Under the pieces are notes generated by a model. The model had not been told where the DNA came from. It saw nothing but the letters and a program-made list of their open reading frames with translations, and did not search any database. Of a DNA stretch of 64,000 bases, positions 1 through 14,196 are shown piece by piece. Each line of letters begins with the position of its first letter. Position 1 is the first letter of the stretch. Source of the stretch: Antedon mediterranea (lineage: Eukaryota; Animalia; Echinodermata); NCBI RefSeq assembly GCF_964355755.1, contig NC_092676.1, forward strand, positions 4,751,888 through 4,815,887. The letters run 5' to 3'. A program made the position numbers and the translations under genes.

Positions 1-125
1 ACCTCAAAAGTCACGACCTTTGATCTGGTATTATATCCCAACCTAAAACTAATGTTGCTGTTGAGTTTGTTAACAGAAGGGGCAGAAGTTGAGAAATTGA
101 TAAATAAAGTTCATTTCGTTTTCAG

Positions 126-3100
126 AGGATGGTAGTCTATACACCTTTGGTGATGGTAGTAATGGTCAGCTAGGACTTGGACCATCACTACTACAAGTAG
201 ACAAACCTGAGAAGGTGACCAGGCTAGGCAATGCCAAGTGCAAGTTTGTATCGTGTGGAGAAAGTCATACAGCCATTATAACAGGTAAGGACTCCATACC
301 CATTGATCATCCAGTGGTTGAATCCAATCTTCTCCTAACAATAATAAAAACACAACAAAAAGCAAAAGTTGCTCATGTATGTTGAAAGCAATCAGGTGGT
401 TTGCCCTCTCAATACTGTATTATACAACAGCTGCAAAACATTGTTGTAATCTCTTTTTTTTTAATTTACTTGGTGGCTCTACATTTTTGGTCGCCACAAG
501 ACTGAGGGCAACTGATTTTGTGACCTCAGTGAAGACCCCATAGGATTCATCTGCAAAAAAACATATTTCCCATGCAGATCTCGTATAAAGGTAAAAGGAA
601 GAAAGTGACTAAGTCTAGAATACAGGTTGTCATTCACAGTAATAATACAGATAATACTAATGTTCCTTTTTGTAGAAAAGGGTAGTATGCTAACGTTCGG
701 AGATGGACGACACGGTAAACTAGGTCAAGGAGATGAAAGCTATTGCAATTTATTTAAACCAACTAAAGTTGATAGATTTCATGGCTTTGATGTACAAAAT
801 GTAGGTTCATTCTTTGATTTTAACAAATGTTCATTTTGGTTTATTTTATTTTGTCCATGCAAATAAAAGAAATAATGTCACATAATGCTTTGTATTATTT
901 TTTATTGTATTTATATGTTTCATATGGACAGTTTGTCTGAAATAAAGTTGAATTGAATTGAATTGAATGCAACAGTAAATTGTCAAATCATATGCTACAC
1001 ATTGATGTTTATTTATTTATTATTTTGGTTATTAGAAATTCGACACAATAGCAATTGAAACACATTAATAATTTATAGAGAAAAAAGAACAATAGGGAGT
1101 TTTCGCAACCTTACGAATACAATAACGAAAACTGATACGTCACGCACACGTATTTGTTTTTCGTAAGCCAGTAAAAATCTGTTTCGCATGGCAACGAAAT
1201 ATTGAGGGCGCCATCCAAAATATGGCTGCGGTTAATTTGAGCGAAGCACAGGTACGTGTTGCTTGGTGCTTGGCTGTCTAGGCCTAGCGTAACATCAAAG
1301 CGAGTAAGGACTTTAAAAACTGCTATTTATCAAAATTGACCTGGCATTTTAGTAAATTACTTTAGTAAATTACTTTCAATAAAAGTATAATTATATTATA
1401 ATCATGAATCATTCCTGATTCAAATGCAAAATGTGCAAAATAGATCAAAAACTATACTCGTTTTGTAGTTACGAATATGACTGGTGATATTCGTCAACAC
1501 GAATACGCTTTACGAATATGAAATGGGCATCAGCTCAAAAGTTTCACAAATGTGTGACGTATCTGTTTTTTCGTTATCGTATTCGTAAGCTTGCGAAATC
1601 TCTCTAATAATGTGATGTTATGCTAATACACACACTTTAATGAAAATATAAATAATGTAAAAAATCTTCTATCTTCACCCAAGGCTGAAAATGTAGTCAT
1701 TTCTCAGGTACATTCTATAGTCACCACCAGATAGACTTTCTTCATCTTTGCTTCTTTAAATGGATGACTAGTTTTTGAGCAGGAACGCTAGTAGACCAAA
1801 CTCAGTACCATTTTTAATCTACAACCCTTATTTGGAAGATGGTAGTTAATTTTTGAATAATTTTAATAATTAAAATTGTTTGTAAAATAGGTATCTTGTG
1901 GTGGATGTCACATGGTGATTCTTGCAGTGAAGCGAGGTATATCAAATGGTCACATGTCAACAGAATCAGAATCGGAAGAAACGATGGATCCACTCAAACT
2001 ATCAAGTCACCTACGACCTGGTTTAGGAAAGTCACTGGCATCATCAGCTGGTGATGTCACAGATCTCGGAGCTTCGTTAAATTCGTCGTTGAATGGAACA
2101 GCTCGTGGAAGGAGAAGAGATAAAGAGGTTGAAACTCATCTTTTTAAAGTAATCTGTAAATGGAGAATGACAACATTGCGTTATTTACAATAATCAAAAC
2201 AGATCCTCTTGTGTTAACCAACCAACCTAAAATCCATGCATAAGGGCTTTTTTGCTCAGGCACCAGAGATCTTGAACCAACTTCCTCATTCCATCCGTTA
2301 CACTCCATCCCCATTTTCTCTCCTGAAAACTCAACTATTTTAATAGTTATTTTTTTCATGTTGCGCTGTGAGACTCCGATAAAGAGCGCTTTATAAATGT
2401 TCAACATTATTATTAAATCCAATAGCTATTCCACCTTCTTATATGCATGTTTTCTAAACTTAATAATGACTTAATTTAAAGAAATCATTTTTTTTTTCAA
2501 CTTTTTTTGATAGGTTTCTCCTCTTCCTCCATTGGCTCGAACATTACCCCCTTTAGGCTCATCTAAAAAATCTTACCTTCAGTCTCTGAATGATAAAAAC
2601 AGTTCACATAATGCAACTTTAAATTCACTGGACCATGCAAGGATACAAAATATAAAGACAGAAGGTATGAGATTTTCTTTTTGTTCAGTAACTCTAGGAA
2701 TTCATTTTCAGTGACCCATAATGTTGATAGAACATAGTATTTAATGGTTTAAAGATTATATTTCATCATTTATATTTTTGTCAATTCAAATTTCAGCCAA
2801 AAAGAAAGCAAATTTTTACTTTATATTTCAGGCGAAGATGAAGTTGATTTTGCCTCAAAACCGGTTTCATGTAATAGTGAAGATCCTTTAGGAACAGTAA
2901 GTAATTGTTTAACATATACAATTGAATTCTCCAACAGCCTGTCATCATAAATTCAAGACATTTTCATAAGGTTGCCATTGTCCCTATCTTTTCCTACCAT
3001 ATAAGATGCATGCTAGAAAGAAGTCTTTCATAGAAAATCTTTTCCTAAAGGTGTCCATGTTCTGTTATAAAATGATATATTTTAAAGTGGAGCTCCACCC

Positions 3101-6100
3101 AGAAAATTACTATTTTTCATACATTTCAACTATTATTTAAAAATATCATCCCCCAATGAGTACGAGTTTCTTGAAAATCACGCCTTTTTGCGTTTTGGGG
3201 GGATACCTTGTAATTTCCTATTCTTTTACATGCAAAAGGGGGGTATATTTGAATAATCCTAAAAAATTAATTTCTTCACTAAAAAAAAAATTTTAAATGT
3301 AGTTTTATGTAATTTTTCCAGATCTTTCTATTTCTGGTATAGTTATCGCATATACATTGCGCAATTTTGCGTAAATAGACACTTTCCCCCGTTCGGGTCC
3401 AATTGGGTTTTTTAGTTTGCTAGGGAGTATGATCACGTGACATTTTTCACAATCACACTACTCTGCAGCTGGCGATCTGTTATAATTTTATTTTCAGACA
3501 CATTTTTCAAAAAGTGGATCAAGAAAAGATATGAAGCCAATGTTCTCAGCAATGCATAAAGTAAAAAGAAAAGATCAGGTAATTACTAATGAGGATAACA
3601 ACTTATTTGAAGTATTAATGCATGATACACTTTGAAAATAATGATCTGGTAGTGCTCCTCAGACTGGACATAGGCCTAGAACATTCTCTTTCCAAACATC
3701 AAACTGACACACATTCCTTGTTTTTAATATTTCGTTTCTCTATTGGAATATAACTAATTTCACTAGTATTGTTTTCAGGAAAATTACCAAGTTGTTATAA
3801 TAATATTTAGAATTCAAAAGCAGTATTCTTTGTGTTTGTTTATTGCTGTTTCCAATTTGGTAGCGTTAATAGTCAACTGTTACAACACAATGGGAAGTTG
3901 TTAACTTTTATTATTTGACCTTTGCCCTCTATTCTAGGGAGAAGATGAACATGATAGTGCACGGTCAAACAACAAGGTAAGATGATTGAATTTTGTTTTA
4001 TTTTTTTGAAAACGAAATTCAATTTTATGGAACTAAAAGTATAACAAGAATTTTTGTTTGCATCTTTTTTTCCCAGCATGTTAAGGCAGATACCATGAAT
4101 AATATCTGAACATAATTATATAAATTATTAAATTATTAAATTACAGAGGGCGCTATGACATAAGCATGAACATAACTACACATTTTTTTAGTTACATTGT
4201 TTAGATTAGTGAAGGCTTTGAAACGCCATTTTTTCAAAATATAAACAAAATTATCGTGAAATATTTCATCAACTTCTTATGAAACAATAAAAACCAGGAT
4301 TTGGTTAATGGTATAAATGAAGAAAATGATAAATCACAAGAAGAAGAAGAATCTGGAACAAAAGAAAATCAAGAGGATCAAATAAAAGAGGAAGACAGTA
4401 ATAAAGAAACCATTGTTGATGAAAAGATCTCAAATGATATTATAAACGATAAAAATACTTTCAATGATGTTAAGGTAGATTTAACAATAAGTTTTTGGTT
4501 GGAATTCTTCTCCTTTTGTATTATTCCATTTTCCTTCAAAGTGTACTTCACTAGTTGTTTCATCAGGGTGATGGCTCATTTTGTCTGTGCATTCCTATTG
4601 TTCTTAAGGTCAAAGTTCATTAACAAATTAGTATTTTGAAACATGGATTCCTTGTTCTCATCTATATAATTTCCTTTATATTGTCTTCATATTTTGTGTA
4701 TCTTATCGTAGCTCATCATATCTTCTTTTTATTCTCCTGTATAGATAGCACATTTTTTCTCAATTACCTTTGTATCTGATTTTTTTTTGTGCCTTGCCCT
4801 CTTATATTTTTCTGTTCACTACTGTGAGTGAAAAAAAAATAACAAGACATTTCTTCATGAAAACTTTACTGTTTCAAGATGTATAATACTGTATAAACAT
4901 AGTTATAAATTCTTATTTTATCAATAAATAAATTAATATTACATAGTTGTAATTAAGTAATATGATTATAAAATATGTTTGAATTAGGAATTTATTAGTG
5001 AAACAAAAGAAGAAGAACAAAATGTCAAAGGCATTGACAGTAAAGAAGAAAACTTGGGAGATCTTATGAAGGACAGTGAATCGGCAGAAGAGGTAGAACA
5101 GACTTGTGGTGCTCCTTCTCTACTGATTAAGTGATCTGCCACGTTTACCATCTGATCACCTCTTTTAAATCATCCTCTTTGTGTTCTTTCCATCTCTCAC
5201 AATACCTTAACATAACACTACAGGAGAAACTATTGGCATGGGGACAATATTTTTAGTCCATTCATTGCCATGGGTTTTCCAGCCAGATCTGTCCATATTT
5301 CTGGTGGTAGAACAAGTCTCCTCCAATATAGACTGTAGGATTCATTGTACATTAATTGCACATGTGCACTTGGATTGAAAATCGCCATCTACAATGGCTG
5401 CCAATAATGTGATCTAGAAGAGAAACATGTTAATCTACCAAGCACACTGCTGTACGAAATAGCACTAATTCAATGTAGCATGTCAAAACCTAGTCTAGGT
5501 CACTAGACCGAAAAAAGTATAAAAGAAAGTCTAGTCAAAAACACATGGTTTGAAACATGACAACACTGATTCTAAACCACCATGTAGAAATAATGTATCC
5601 ACCATTATTATAATATTCACTTTTTTTTAAAAAACCATATTTAATGAGGGTGATCCATCCAGCTATTGCTGATCATTAGGGACCCTCAGAGGATCACAAG
5701 ACAAACATATACACAAGATGCTCTACATAAACAAAGTCTTATTACATGTCTTTGGGAGTGGAGTAATTTGGTCCTTAGAAAAAATCCTGACATGTGACGG
5801 GACTTGAACCCAGGACCCTTGGAGTGGTAGCCAAACATCATAACCACCAAGCCACAACTCCACTCCACTAATCCACCACTAATGTGGAAATTCACTGATA
5901 CACCAATGACTGTTTACAAACAAATTCAAATATGCACCCATTATCCACTTAAGTTCCTAAAGTCTCACCATGTCACTAATTATATAAGTTTGATGTTAAA
6001 TTCTTTCTGTGTTTTGTTTTTTTTCTGTAACATTCACAAATTACTTCACTGGTGCAATTACTAATCTTACTGTCTGTACCATGTTTTATAGAACGTCATT

Positions 6101-9100
6101 TGTAGTCTTGTAGTCTTTATTTTATGACTTAAATTTGGTATGCTGATGAAATGCGCTCAATTAATGTTATCTTCATAGTCATATTTTACTGACGGATGCG
6201 TGATTGGTGATTGATTGATCTTTCTATATGTAGTACAATTATGTGTGATGTTCTCACTATGATCAATTAAATGGATACTACAATCAATCAATGTTATATT
6301 GACATGTTTATTCCATACATCTAATAAAATCAGTAAAATATTTCTACTAAAAACAATATCAGGAAAATATAAATGAAGATAAGACGTTACCAACAGAAGA
6401 AACAAAATTGAAATCACAAGAGGAGGATGCAGAAAAGGAAAATAAAACAAATAAAGATACAGTTCTTGAAGTGCGTTCAAAAGATCCTGACAGTCAAGCA
6501 AATGAGAAAAAACCTGCTGATGAAACTGTCATTGAAGAACTAAATGTAGAAGAAAAAGAGGTAGATTTAACCTACAGCTGAACAAGCTTCACAATCTGTA
6601 TCTGTATACTAATATTCATCAGTTTGTTTCTTTGTCAAAGTGAAATAGTATCATGGTTGGTTTATCATTGTACGAGTTCCATTCTTATTTCTTAAAATTT
6701 AGCACAACTCTACCATCTCTGTACGGTAAACTAAACTGGTTTGTTTAGTTGTGATCATCATTCAGAAATGATTTTCTTGCAGTAGAATTAAGTTTATCAT
6801 TGTATGAGTGTGATTTGATTCTAATAATAATTGTTGGTTTTGCAACACTGCACTATTTACTCTTACTGTACTAATTTTTTATTTATGGTAATCATCCATT
6901 GGCAGAACTATTTGTCTTCTAACTTCTCCTGGTTTTTGTGTTCTTTACTACTACTTAGTTCTACTACAACTGCAATAGAATTAAGTTTGAATTAATCTGA
7001 TTATAATACTTATTGGTTTTGCAGCACTAAACCTATTTTTCTTTCCTGTACTTGTTCTGGGTTTTATTTATGGTCATCATCTAGTAGTAGTAGTAGTATT
7101 TCTCTTCTAACTTCTTCTGGTTTTGTGTTCATCATTTACCAGTGACTAGTTACTCCATTATGTCATTTTTGTGGCAGTAAATGATTTGCAGTATATTATA
7201 ATTATTTCATCTTTGTATAAATTTGATTACATTCAATGCTAATATTTCAGGGTTTTTTCAACTCTTTCACCATCAACACTATTTCTTTTTCTCTAACTTC
7301 TTCTGGTGTTTTTAGTCGCGTGGAAGCGACTCTATAGTTCACTATGTCGGTCGGTCGGTCTGTCTGTCTGTCGGTCTGTCTGTCGGTCTGTCTGTCGGTC
7401 TGTCGGTCTGTCTGTCTGTCTGTCTGTCGGTCCGGTATCACTATGCGTTTTATCGCTTTCTGACCTTATCTTGATATCAGTTTAATCTAGCTAGGTCAAT
7501 TTTTCACAGTATATTCCTTATGGCCAGGAATCAATGTGGTTATGTTTTCACGGTGCGCAATAAAAAATTACGCGGTCTACGCACGATTTAACGAAATCAC
7601 GTTTGTAATCATATCTTCACAACCATGAATCACAATTAAATAAAATTTGGTACTCATAAATTTCAGGGCATAAATCATCATATGGCAATACAATTACGTG
7701 CGTAGCGCATGTAAACGCATGCGTACGCGCGCTTAACATTTTCAAAATTTATTTTCGATGAAATAAGAGTACATTTCAGGCAATTTTAAGCGTTTACAAA
7801 ATTGCCATGAGTGCGCATATTTTTGCGCGCGCACTGCGCGTTAAATGTTATTGCGCACTCTTTTTTCCCGATTTCTGTTTTCTTGACTTACTTTTCAACT
7901 CGAAATTACGTTATACGAGCACGTCGAAAGTGACAGGCTACGCACGTGTAAATTAAAAAAAAAAAAATGTTTTTAAACATTTCAACATTTTTAAACATCT
8001 TCAGTAATTTCGGTCAGTATAGTTCACTATGTCGGTCGGTCGGTCTCTCTGTCTGTCTGTCTGTCTGTCGGTCTGTCGGTCTGTCTGTCGGTCCGGTATC
8101 ACTATGCATTGTAGCACGCGACTTAATGGCTGTTGGCCTTGTTATTTATGATTTCCGTCTGTAGACTATTTCTCTTCTCTTGTTCATGTATTTCTTTCAG
8201 TCATTTCATCGGTGTAAACCCTGTCTACACTATCAAACTTTATGTGACAGAAAAATGATGATGTCATATTACTACCATATTTGGGCACATCACACTTGTT
8301 TGTCAAACTAGTTTGATAGTGTAGACAGAGCTTTAGAATTGATGAATGAATGGTTTTGCAACTCTCAATAATATTCTATTTCTCTTTCCTCTAACTTTTC
8401 TGTTTTCATTTTCATCTAAATAGTGTGGATTATTCTGACTAAGAGTCAATGTCTCTCATCATTTAGTATCAAGATACTATATACTATACACTAATCATCA
8501 TCTTTTATTATTAATATTTTCATTTTTAATATTTATAGAATTTAATATCTGGAAAAAGTGTTTGCAAACATCTTGTTGTTTTGTTATTAGTTTTAGTTAT
8601 ACAAACTTAATATTATTTAATTTTGATAATTACAAGGTAATTGTGTGCTTTTTATATTCCTCCAGCAAATAGGATAGAGCAATTGATCACTATTGTCTTA
8701 TTATTACTTTTTTTATTTCAATGATTAAAAAGTAGAGATCTAAGGAATGTAAATCTCTAATAATAGATTAATAGGTATCTTTCCATTAAATTGTTTGAAC
8801 AAAAGGCCAGGATTAGCTGGTAGGCATCTGTTACTTGCTACAAATTGATTTCTTTATTCTTACAATAGTCCAAAAGAAAGTCTGCCCTTGATAGTTCATC
8901 GGAGGAAGATGAAAAAGAAACTGAGGTATTATTACTTGGATCCTGCACTTTGCACTTGGAATGCTGTGTCATTATCACTGCTTATTAATCAACTAACTTT
9001 TACTTTTATTATAGCTTTTTCGGACAACCAGATTACAAATCTGCTAATTGCTGGATTTTTAAAACCTATAAAATCTAAACTAATTCCATGAGGCTTCAGA

Positions 9101-11062
9101 TATAAAAGCTAATAAGAGAGAAAAATGTGTCATAATGAAAAGGATTCGGACTGGCATGCGAGAGGCATAAGTTTGAGACATTTCAGTACCATATTGGTAT
9201 AGGGCCGTCTCCTAGTGTGTTGAACAAGCTGCAGCCTTTCTGAATTTCTTCATTTATACTGACGATTAATACTACAATACATTATTTTTTAATTTTCTAA
9301 CCTAGGAACCTTAAATTGGAAATAAACTACAGTGCTGCTACTGGTACTTTAATGCACAAACTCATAATCATGATATACTAACCATATTTAATTGGTGTCA
9401 TTCTTGCACGGCAGATAGCTTATACTTGAGATTACCAGGAAAATAGCATTCATCTATTTGTTTTGTCTTTCTATTTTAAGAATCGCAAACCGGTACCAGC
9501 TCCACGTATTCAAGAAAAACCAAAGAAGATTCCAAGTGAAGAGGAGGAGGAGGATGAAGAGGACGGTGAAGAGGATGATGACAGTGAAGAAGAAGATGAC
9601 AGTGAAGAAGAAGACAGTGATGATGATGAGGAAGAGGAAAAAGGTATATCATATCGGAAATTACAATACCATTTTGTAAGATTTTACTGAAAAATCTCCA
9701 GAAAGAGAAATCGATTTTAAATTTAGTATTTTGATTGTGATACCATAAAACACATTTAACGCATTCCATCCGAACACCCTTTTTATTTGTTCTCTCAAGT
9801 TAATAATTTGGCCTTGCTATCGGTCTAAACAAAAATGTTATCATTTATATTGGTTAATGTTATCACTTGTAATGTATACGACTCAGAAATTATTTTCTTT
9901 TTTTTAGCAGCTAAAGTGAACAAACAACCAGTTAAAATGCAACAAAGTCCAGCGGTAAAACCGCGAACAATTCCACCTATAAAGAGTACTCATGAAAAGT
10001 CAAAGACAAATGGAAATGTACCAAAGCCGGCTCCAAGACCATTAAGGAAACCACAACCAAAAGAAGAGAGCGAGGAGGACGAGAGCGAGGAGGAGGAAGA
10101 TGAAGAAGAAGATGATGATGATGAAGAGGATGATGATGAGGAAAGTGACGAAGATGAAGGCAAAATCACTAAAAATAAACCAGCAGTACAAGCTGATTCA
10201 AAGAAAAATGGAAAACAAACAGGGAAAATGATCAAGAAAGATGAAGAAGAGGATGATGAAGTTGAAGAGGATGATGAAGAAGATGATGATGAAGATGAAG
10301 AGGATGATGAAGAAGATGAGGATGATGATGAGGATGAAGAAGAAGGTAAGATGAATTCAGAACTTTAAATATATTTTTTATACATTTAGAAGTGCTTTTC
10401 TAGTTGTGATTTAATATGATAATTTTCAAATTTTTGCTTATGATTTAATAGATACAAAATCAAAAGGAAAACAAGTCAAGAAAAAAGATACTGAGGAGGA
10501 AAATACAGATCCACCAGCTAAGGTATTTTTTAAATTATAAAGTGACCAATTGAATAAAAACCCTGTATAAAACTGTAGTAGCTTCCAATCCTAATTTCCA
10601 GTGTGCAATCCTCAACAGGACTTAGTTTATAGGCACGATAAATTCTGAAATAGTTTATCCATCCAGTAATTGAAATAATTTATTTTATATGCAAATGACA
10701 ATAAATGGAAGTAATTTTCCACCGAGTAGGCTAATAATTTTTCATGATGAATGACTATTATACTTTTTTTTTAGTCTTGGCAATTCTGGAAAAAGAAAGG
10801 AAAAGAAACAGAAGCGGAGAGTAAAAAGAAAGAAGAAAGTAAAAAAAAACAGGAAGAAGAAGCTAAACAAAAGAAAATTCAAGAAGAAAAGGAGAAAAAG
10901 AAAAAAGAGGCAGAAAAGAGTAAGAAAAAAAATGCAGCCAAAAAAGATGATGACGATGATGAAGAGAATGAGGATGATGTTGAAGAAGAACCGAAGGATG
11001 GAAAGAAAACGAAAGAATCACCTGGAAACCAGCAAAAGTCAAAGGCATGTGTTATATTATAA
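126..11062 (+). CDS. RPGR: RPGR (retinitis pigmentosa GTPase regulator) homolog, 3' part; 5' exons lie upstream of the window
   Basis: GT-AG exons joined in frame: 126-284, 676-800, 1891-2127, 2514-2664, 2832-2896, 3498-3578, 4298-4474, 4988-5092, 6363-6560, 8869-8925, 9481-9643, 9908/9911-10345, 10452-10522, 10775-11062(TAA). RCC1 repeats LYTFGDGSNGQLGLG..VSCGESHT, MLTFGDGRHGKLG and VSCGGCHMV match RPGR. Also ARGRRRDKE..ARTLPPL, an acidic tail and CAAX KSKACVIL (human SKSCTIL, recalled). The three exons between 4298 and 6560 are the least certain. Confidence 0.92.
1094..1605. mobile_element. MITE with ~55-bp imperfect TIRs and a 3-bp AAT TSD
   Basis: AGGGAGTTTTCGCAACCTTACGAATAC..GATACGTCAC at the left end is the reverse complement of GTGACGTATC..GTATTCGTAAGCTTGCGAAATCTCTCT at the right end; aat flanks both sides. 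Confidence 0.75.
5621..5867 (-). mobile_element. tRNA-derived SINE, family A
   Basis: Minus strand has A-box TGGCTTGGTGG, B-box GGTTCAAGTCC and an A-rich tail. Near-identical copy at 59295-59556; diverged copies at 16709-16965 (+) and ~20940-21125 (-). Confidence 0.8.
7310..8143 (+). mobile_element. Helentron-associated non-autonomous element (DINE-1/HINE-like)
   Basis: 5' palindrome AGTCGCGTGGAAGCGACT, subterminal IR AGTCGCGTG...CACGCGACT, (GTCG/GTCT)n microsatellite core present twice, short 3' GC hairpin, T-rich insertion site. Confidence 0.7.
8216..8334. mobile_element. High-copy MITE family B (TIR AAAGCTCTGTCTACACTATCAAACT)
   Basis: ~25-bp TIRs with an internal 21-bp unit CCATATTTGGGCATATCACTA; about 9 copies in the window. 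Confidence 0.8.
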
Positions 11063-11539
11063 TGTATATTATCTTTAGTATAATTTTCAATTAGTATTAG
11101 TAATGTAGAGCTTTAAAGCTACCATATAATATTTAATATTGCAATGACATTCAACAGAAATAACTTACAAGTAGAATTTGTGTGCTAACATTGAGTAAAT
11201 TCACCATAATAAGTCACTAATTGTATCTGTATCTGGAATCAGATTATTCAAATGCTTAATTAACAAAAGAAATCATCCTAACTCTGTTTTCAGTCAATAT
11301 TTTTCCTTAAGTCAATTTTTAAAATTTTGGTAAATAATCAAACCTTGTACCTTGATTCCTATAAAACATTTCTAAAAAATATAATAAATGGGAAAAAAAT
11401 AAATTTTTATTATTAATTGACATTTTATTTAATTTAAAAAATTTTATTTTAATTGTATAAACTATCGTAGTGTACATATAATTCTGACTAAATTTATGTT
11501 TATCAAAGTATATAATAAGGAATTTCTATTTTTATACCT

Positions 11540-11880
11540 CAGTCATTGTCATAGTGTAAACTGTAGGAACGTGAACTTCATTCCATTTTAGTAATTTTCA
11601 AAGTTAAGATTTAAGTCATTCACAGATTGATGCATACCTAGTCATAGTGTAACATTTATGAACGTGAAGTTAATTCCATTTTGGTCAGTTTAAAAGTTAA
11701 GATTTAAGTCATTCACAGATTGATGCATACCTAGTCATAGTGTAACATTTATGAACGTGAAGTTAATTCCATTTTGGTCAGTTTAAAAGTTAGATTTATG
11801 TCATTCACAGGTTGATTCATATTTATTCACAGTGTAAATTGTAGGAACGTGAATTTAATTCAAATTTTGTCATTTTCAAA
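11540..11880. repeat. ~79-bp tandem repeat, ~4 copies, downstream of the RPGR stop
   Basis: Recurring GTCATTCACAGATTGATGCATACCTAGTCATAGTGTAACATTTATGAACGTGAAG. Confidence 0.8.
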
Positions 11881-11947
11881 GAATCAAAAGCAAGATTTAT
11901 AGCCATTTAAAACCTTTAATCATTTGAATATTTTTATAAAGTACTTA

Positions 11948-12108
11948 CTGTCAACACTATCATACATTATGTGACAAAAATAAATGTGATGTGCCCATAT
12001 ATGGACATGATGATGTCGTATCACTAGTATATTTAAGCATATCACTACCATATTTGGGCACATCACATTTTTTTTGTCAAACTAGTTTGATAGTGTAGAC
12101 AGAGCTTT
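11948..12108. mobile_element. MITE family B copy
   Basis: Same TIR and internal sequence as 8216-8334. Confidence 0.8.
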
Positions 12109-12409
12109 ATTACCCTTTACACAATATCTATTAATATGTTGTTATTACACAATTGAAACTATTAGTATTAGATCTGATTAGATTCAGACTGAATTGAATT
12201 GGCCATAACATGCTCTATTGTTTCCTGTTATAAACTTGTTATTGTTTTGAACACCTTGAATATCCGCGTGTGATCATATTGACTGTAACCTTCCATTGTG
12301 TTTATTATTTATTGTAGAAAAAATGTAAGCAATAAAAAATTAATCATTTTTAATTTATAGATAAATTTGTACAGGTATTAAAAGCAAGGAAAATCTGCTG
12401 TAAAAAAAT

Positions 12410-12650
12410 TATTTTGCGACGTTAATTAGTATTATTAATATTATTTTGTGATCATAATATTAGTATTATTAAAATGATGTTGTGATCATAATATTGGTAT
12501 TATTATTTTGTGATCATAATACAATATTAGTAATATTTAATATTATTTTGTGATCATAATATTAGAATTATTAAAATTATTTTTTGATCATAATATTAGT
12601 ATTATTTTGTGATCATTTTATTTTGCGATCATGATATTATTTTATCATAT
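12410..12650. repeat. AT-rich minisatellite (TATTTTGTGATCATAATATTAG-like unit)
   Basis: Seen directly, ~8 degenerate copies. Confidence 0.75.
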
Positions 12651-13522
12651 AGTTTTTTCATATTACTCATGTTGTTTTAATGTGATCTTTTTCAATTGAT
12701 TAAATTTAATTCAACCTTTGTTTTTAGCCGTACAACGGTTTCTTGACACTTACTGATATTTTATATAGTTTTTAAAACTGATAAATGAGTTATACACATA
12801 CAGTACAAAGATTTACTGATATTTAGATCTTCAGGGAAGGTATATATAAAGTACAACACATTTATGTAGGCCTAAATGTTTTTTGATTTCATCCAATACC
12901 AACATAGAGAAAAGATTAAACCAACATTAAACATTATATCAGTACTCCTCGAACCGATCTTCCACCATTTACGCATCTATCAATACGTCAGCCTATTATG
13001 CGTATATTCCGCTACGCTAAATTCACGCGCGTACATATGTTTTGGGGATATCATAGAATTATGTTGCGTATGTCTATCCGTTTTTTGTTGTTGAAATGAA
13101 ACTAATTGCGATTTGTGCTTCACTGTTGTCCGTGTCTTGCAAACATTTTTGCGTCTTGTTTACCCTGATATACGCCACTGATAGGCATCACATGTACAAC
13201 ACATGAGACGCTGTATGGAATTTGCCTATGAAATTACCCACTGTCAATCGTGACTGATTCTGTTTATTTTAAATAATATAATTTTTAATTATGTTAATTA
13301 TGTTATGTTATGATTCAGAACTAAACGTTTCTTCTGTGATGAGGTGTTTTAGTGACCACCCACTAGTAATGTAGGAGGACAGCTATCGGGATAATGTACT
13401 GTAGATGTAAAACACCCAAAAATGTACTTTATGACAAATTCTATTGACGATTTTAATGAATGTCCGGAAGTTTTCAAACAATACTAAATATACAGTAATT
13501 GTTTATTAAATTTAACGAGCCT

Positions 13523-13705
13523 AAAGCGTGGTTTCCACTAGCGACGCAACACAAGGACGTAACGCAACGCAAGTGAATTGACCAATCACAAGCGATGGTT
13601 TATTCGCTTGTGATTGCTAACTGTCTATAACTTCGCTTGTCATTGGTTAAAACGCTTGCTTTCCGTTTACGTCCTTGCGTTACGTTCTAGTGGGAACCAA
13701 GCTTT
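13523..13705. mobile_element. MITE family C (TIR AAGCTTGGTTCCCACTAG-ACGCAACGCAAGGACG)
   Basis: ~45-bp TIRs; the same family is nested at 16129-16452. Confidence 0.8.
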
Positions 13706-14196
13706 ACTGTGTCGGAAGTACGTACATACTTCGACCAGTCTTTTACTACTTTGTAATCTGTGCAGCACGTCTTCTATTTGTACGTGAGCCGGTTGTAGAT
13801 ATCATGTCTAATTAATGCTCAAGTTCTAGGATTTCCCATGGCCTTACCTCAAGGCCTTAAGTCGATGATAGATGATAGTTTTCCTGAATTTGATGACGAA
13901 TGATCTTGACTATCAAGTCCCATCCGAGTGGATTGCGTTTTTTTCTTTTTGGTTAAAAATGACGGGACATGTGATAATCATGAGTCATTAGACTATTAAA
14001 CAAGTACTTATTTTAGTAGTTTTAGGCTACTTGCAAGAAAACTTTAACCAAAAGAATATTATTCGCTTCTAATATACGTAATATCTTCACCACAATCTTT
14101 ATTTTTCGTCCTTATCAGTTGTCTATGCGATATAAGAGTATTATTGTCAGCGTTTCCCAAGCTTTTATGTTTCTTCACGAGCAACCTAGCGGTAAG

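Noticed and set aside
5790-5867. tRNA gene
   Set aside because: A and B boxes are present but there is no complete cloverleaf, and the sequence continues into a repeated SINE body.
9476-10235. Minus-strand poly-Ser and poly-His ORFs
   Set aside because: Antisense shadows of the RPGR acidic exons.
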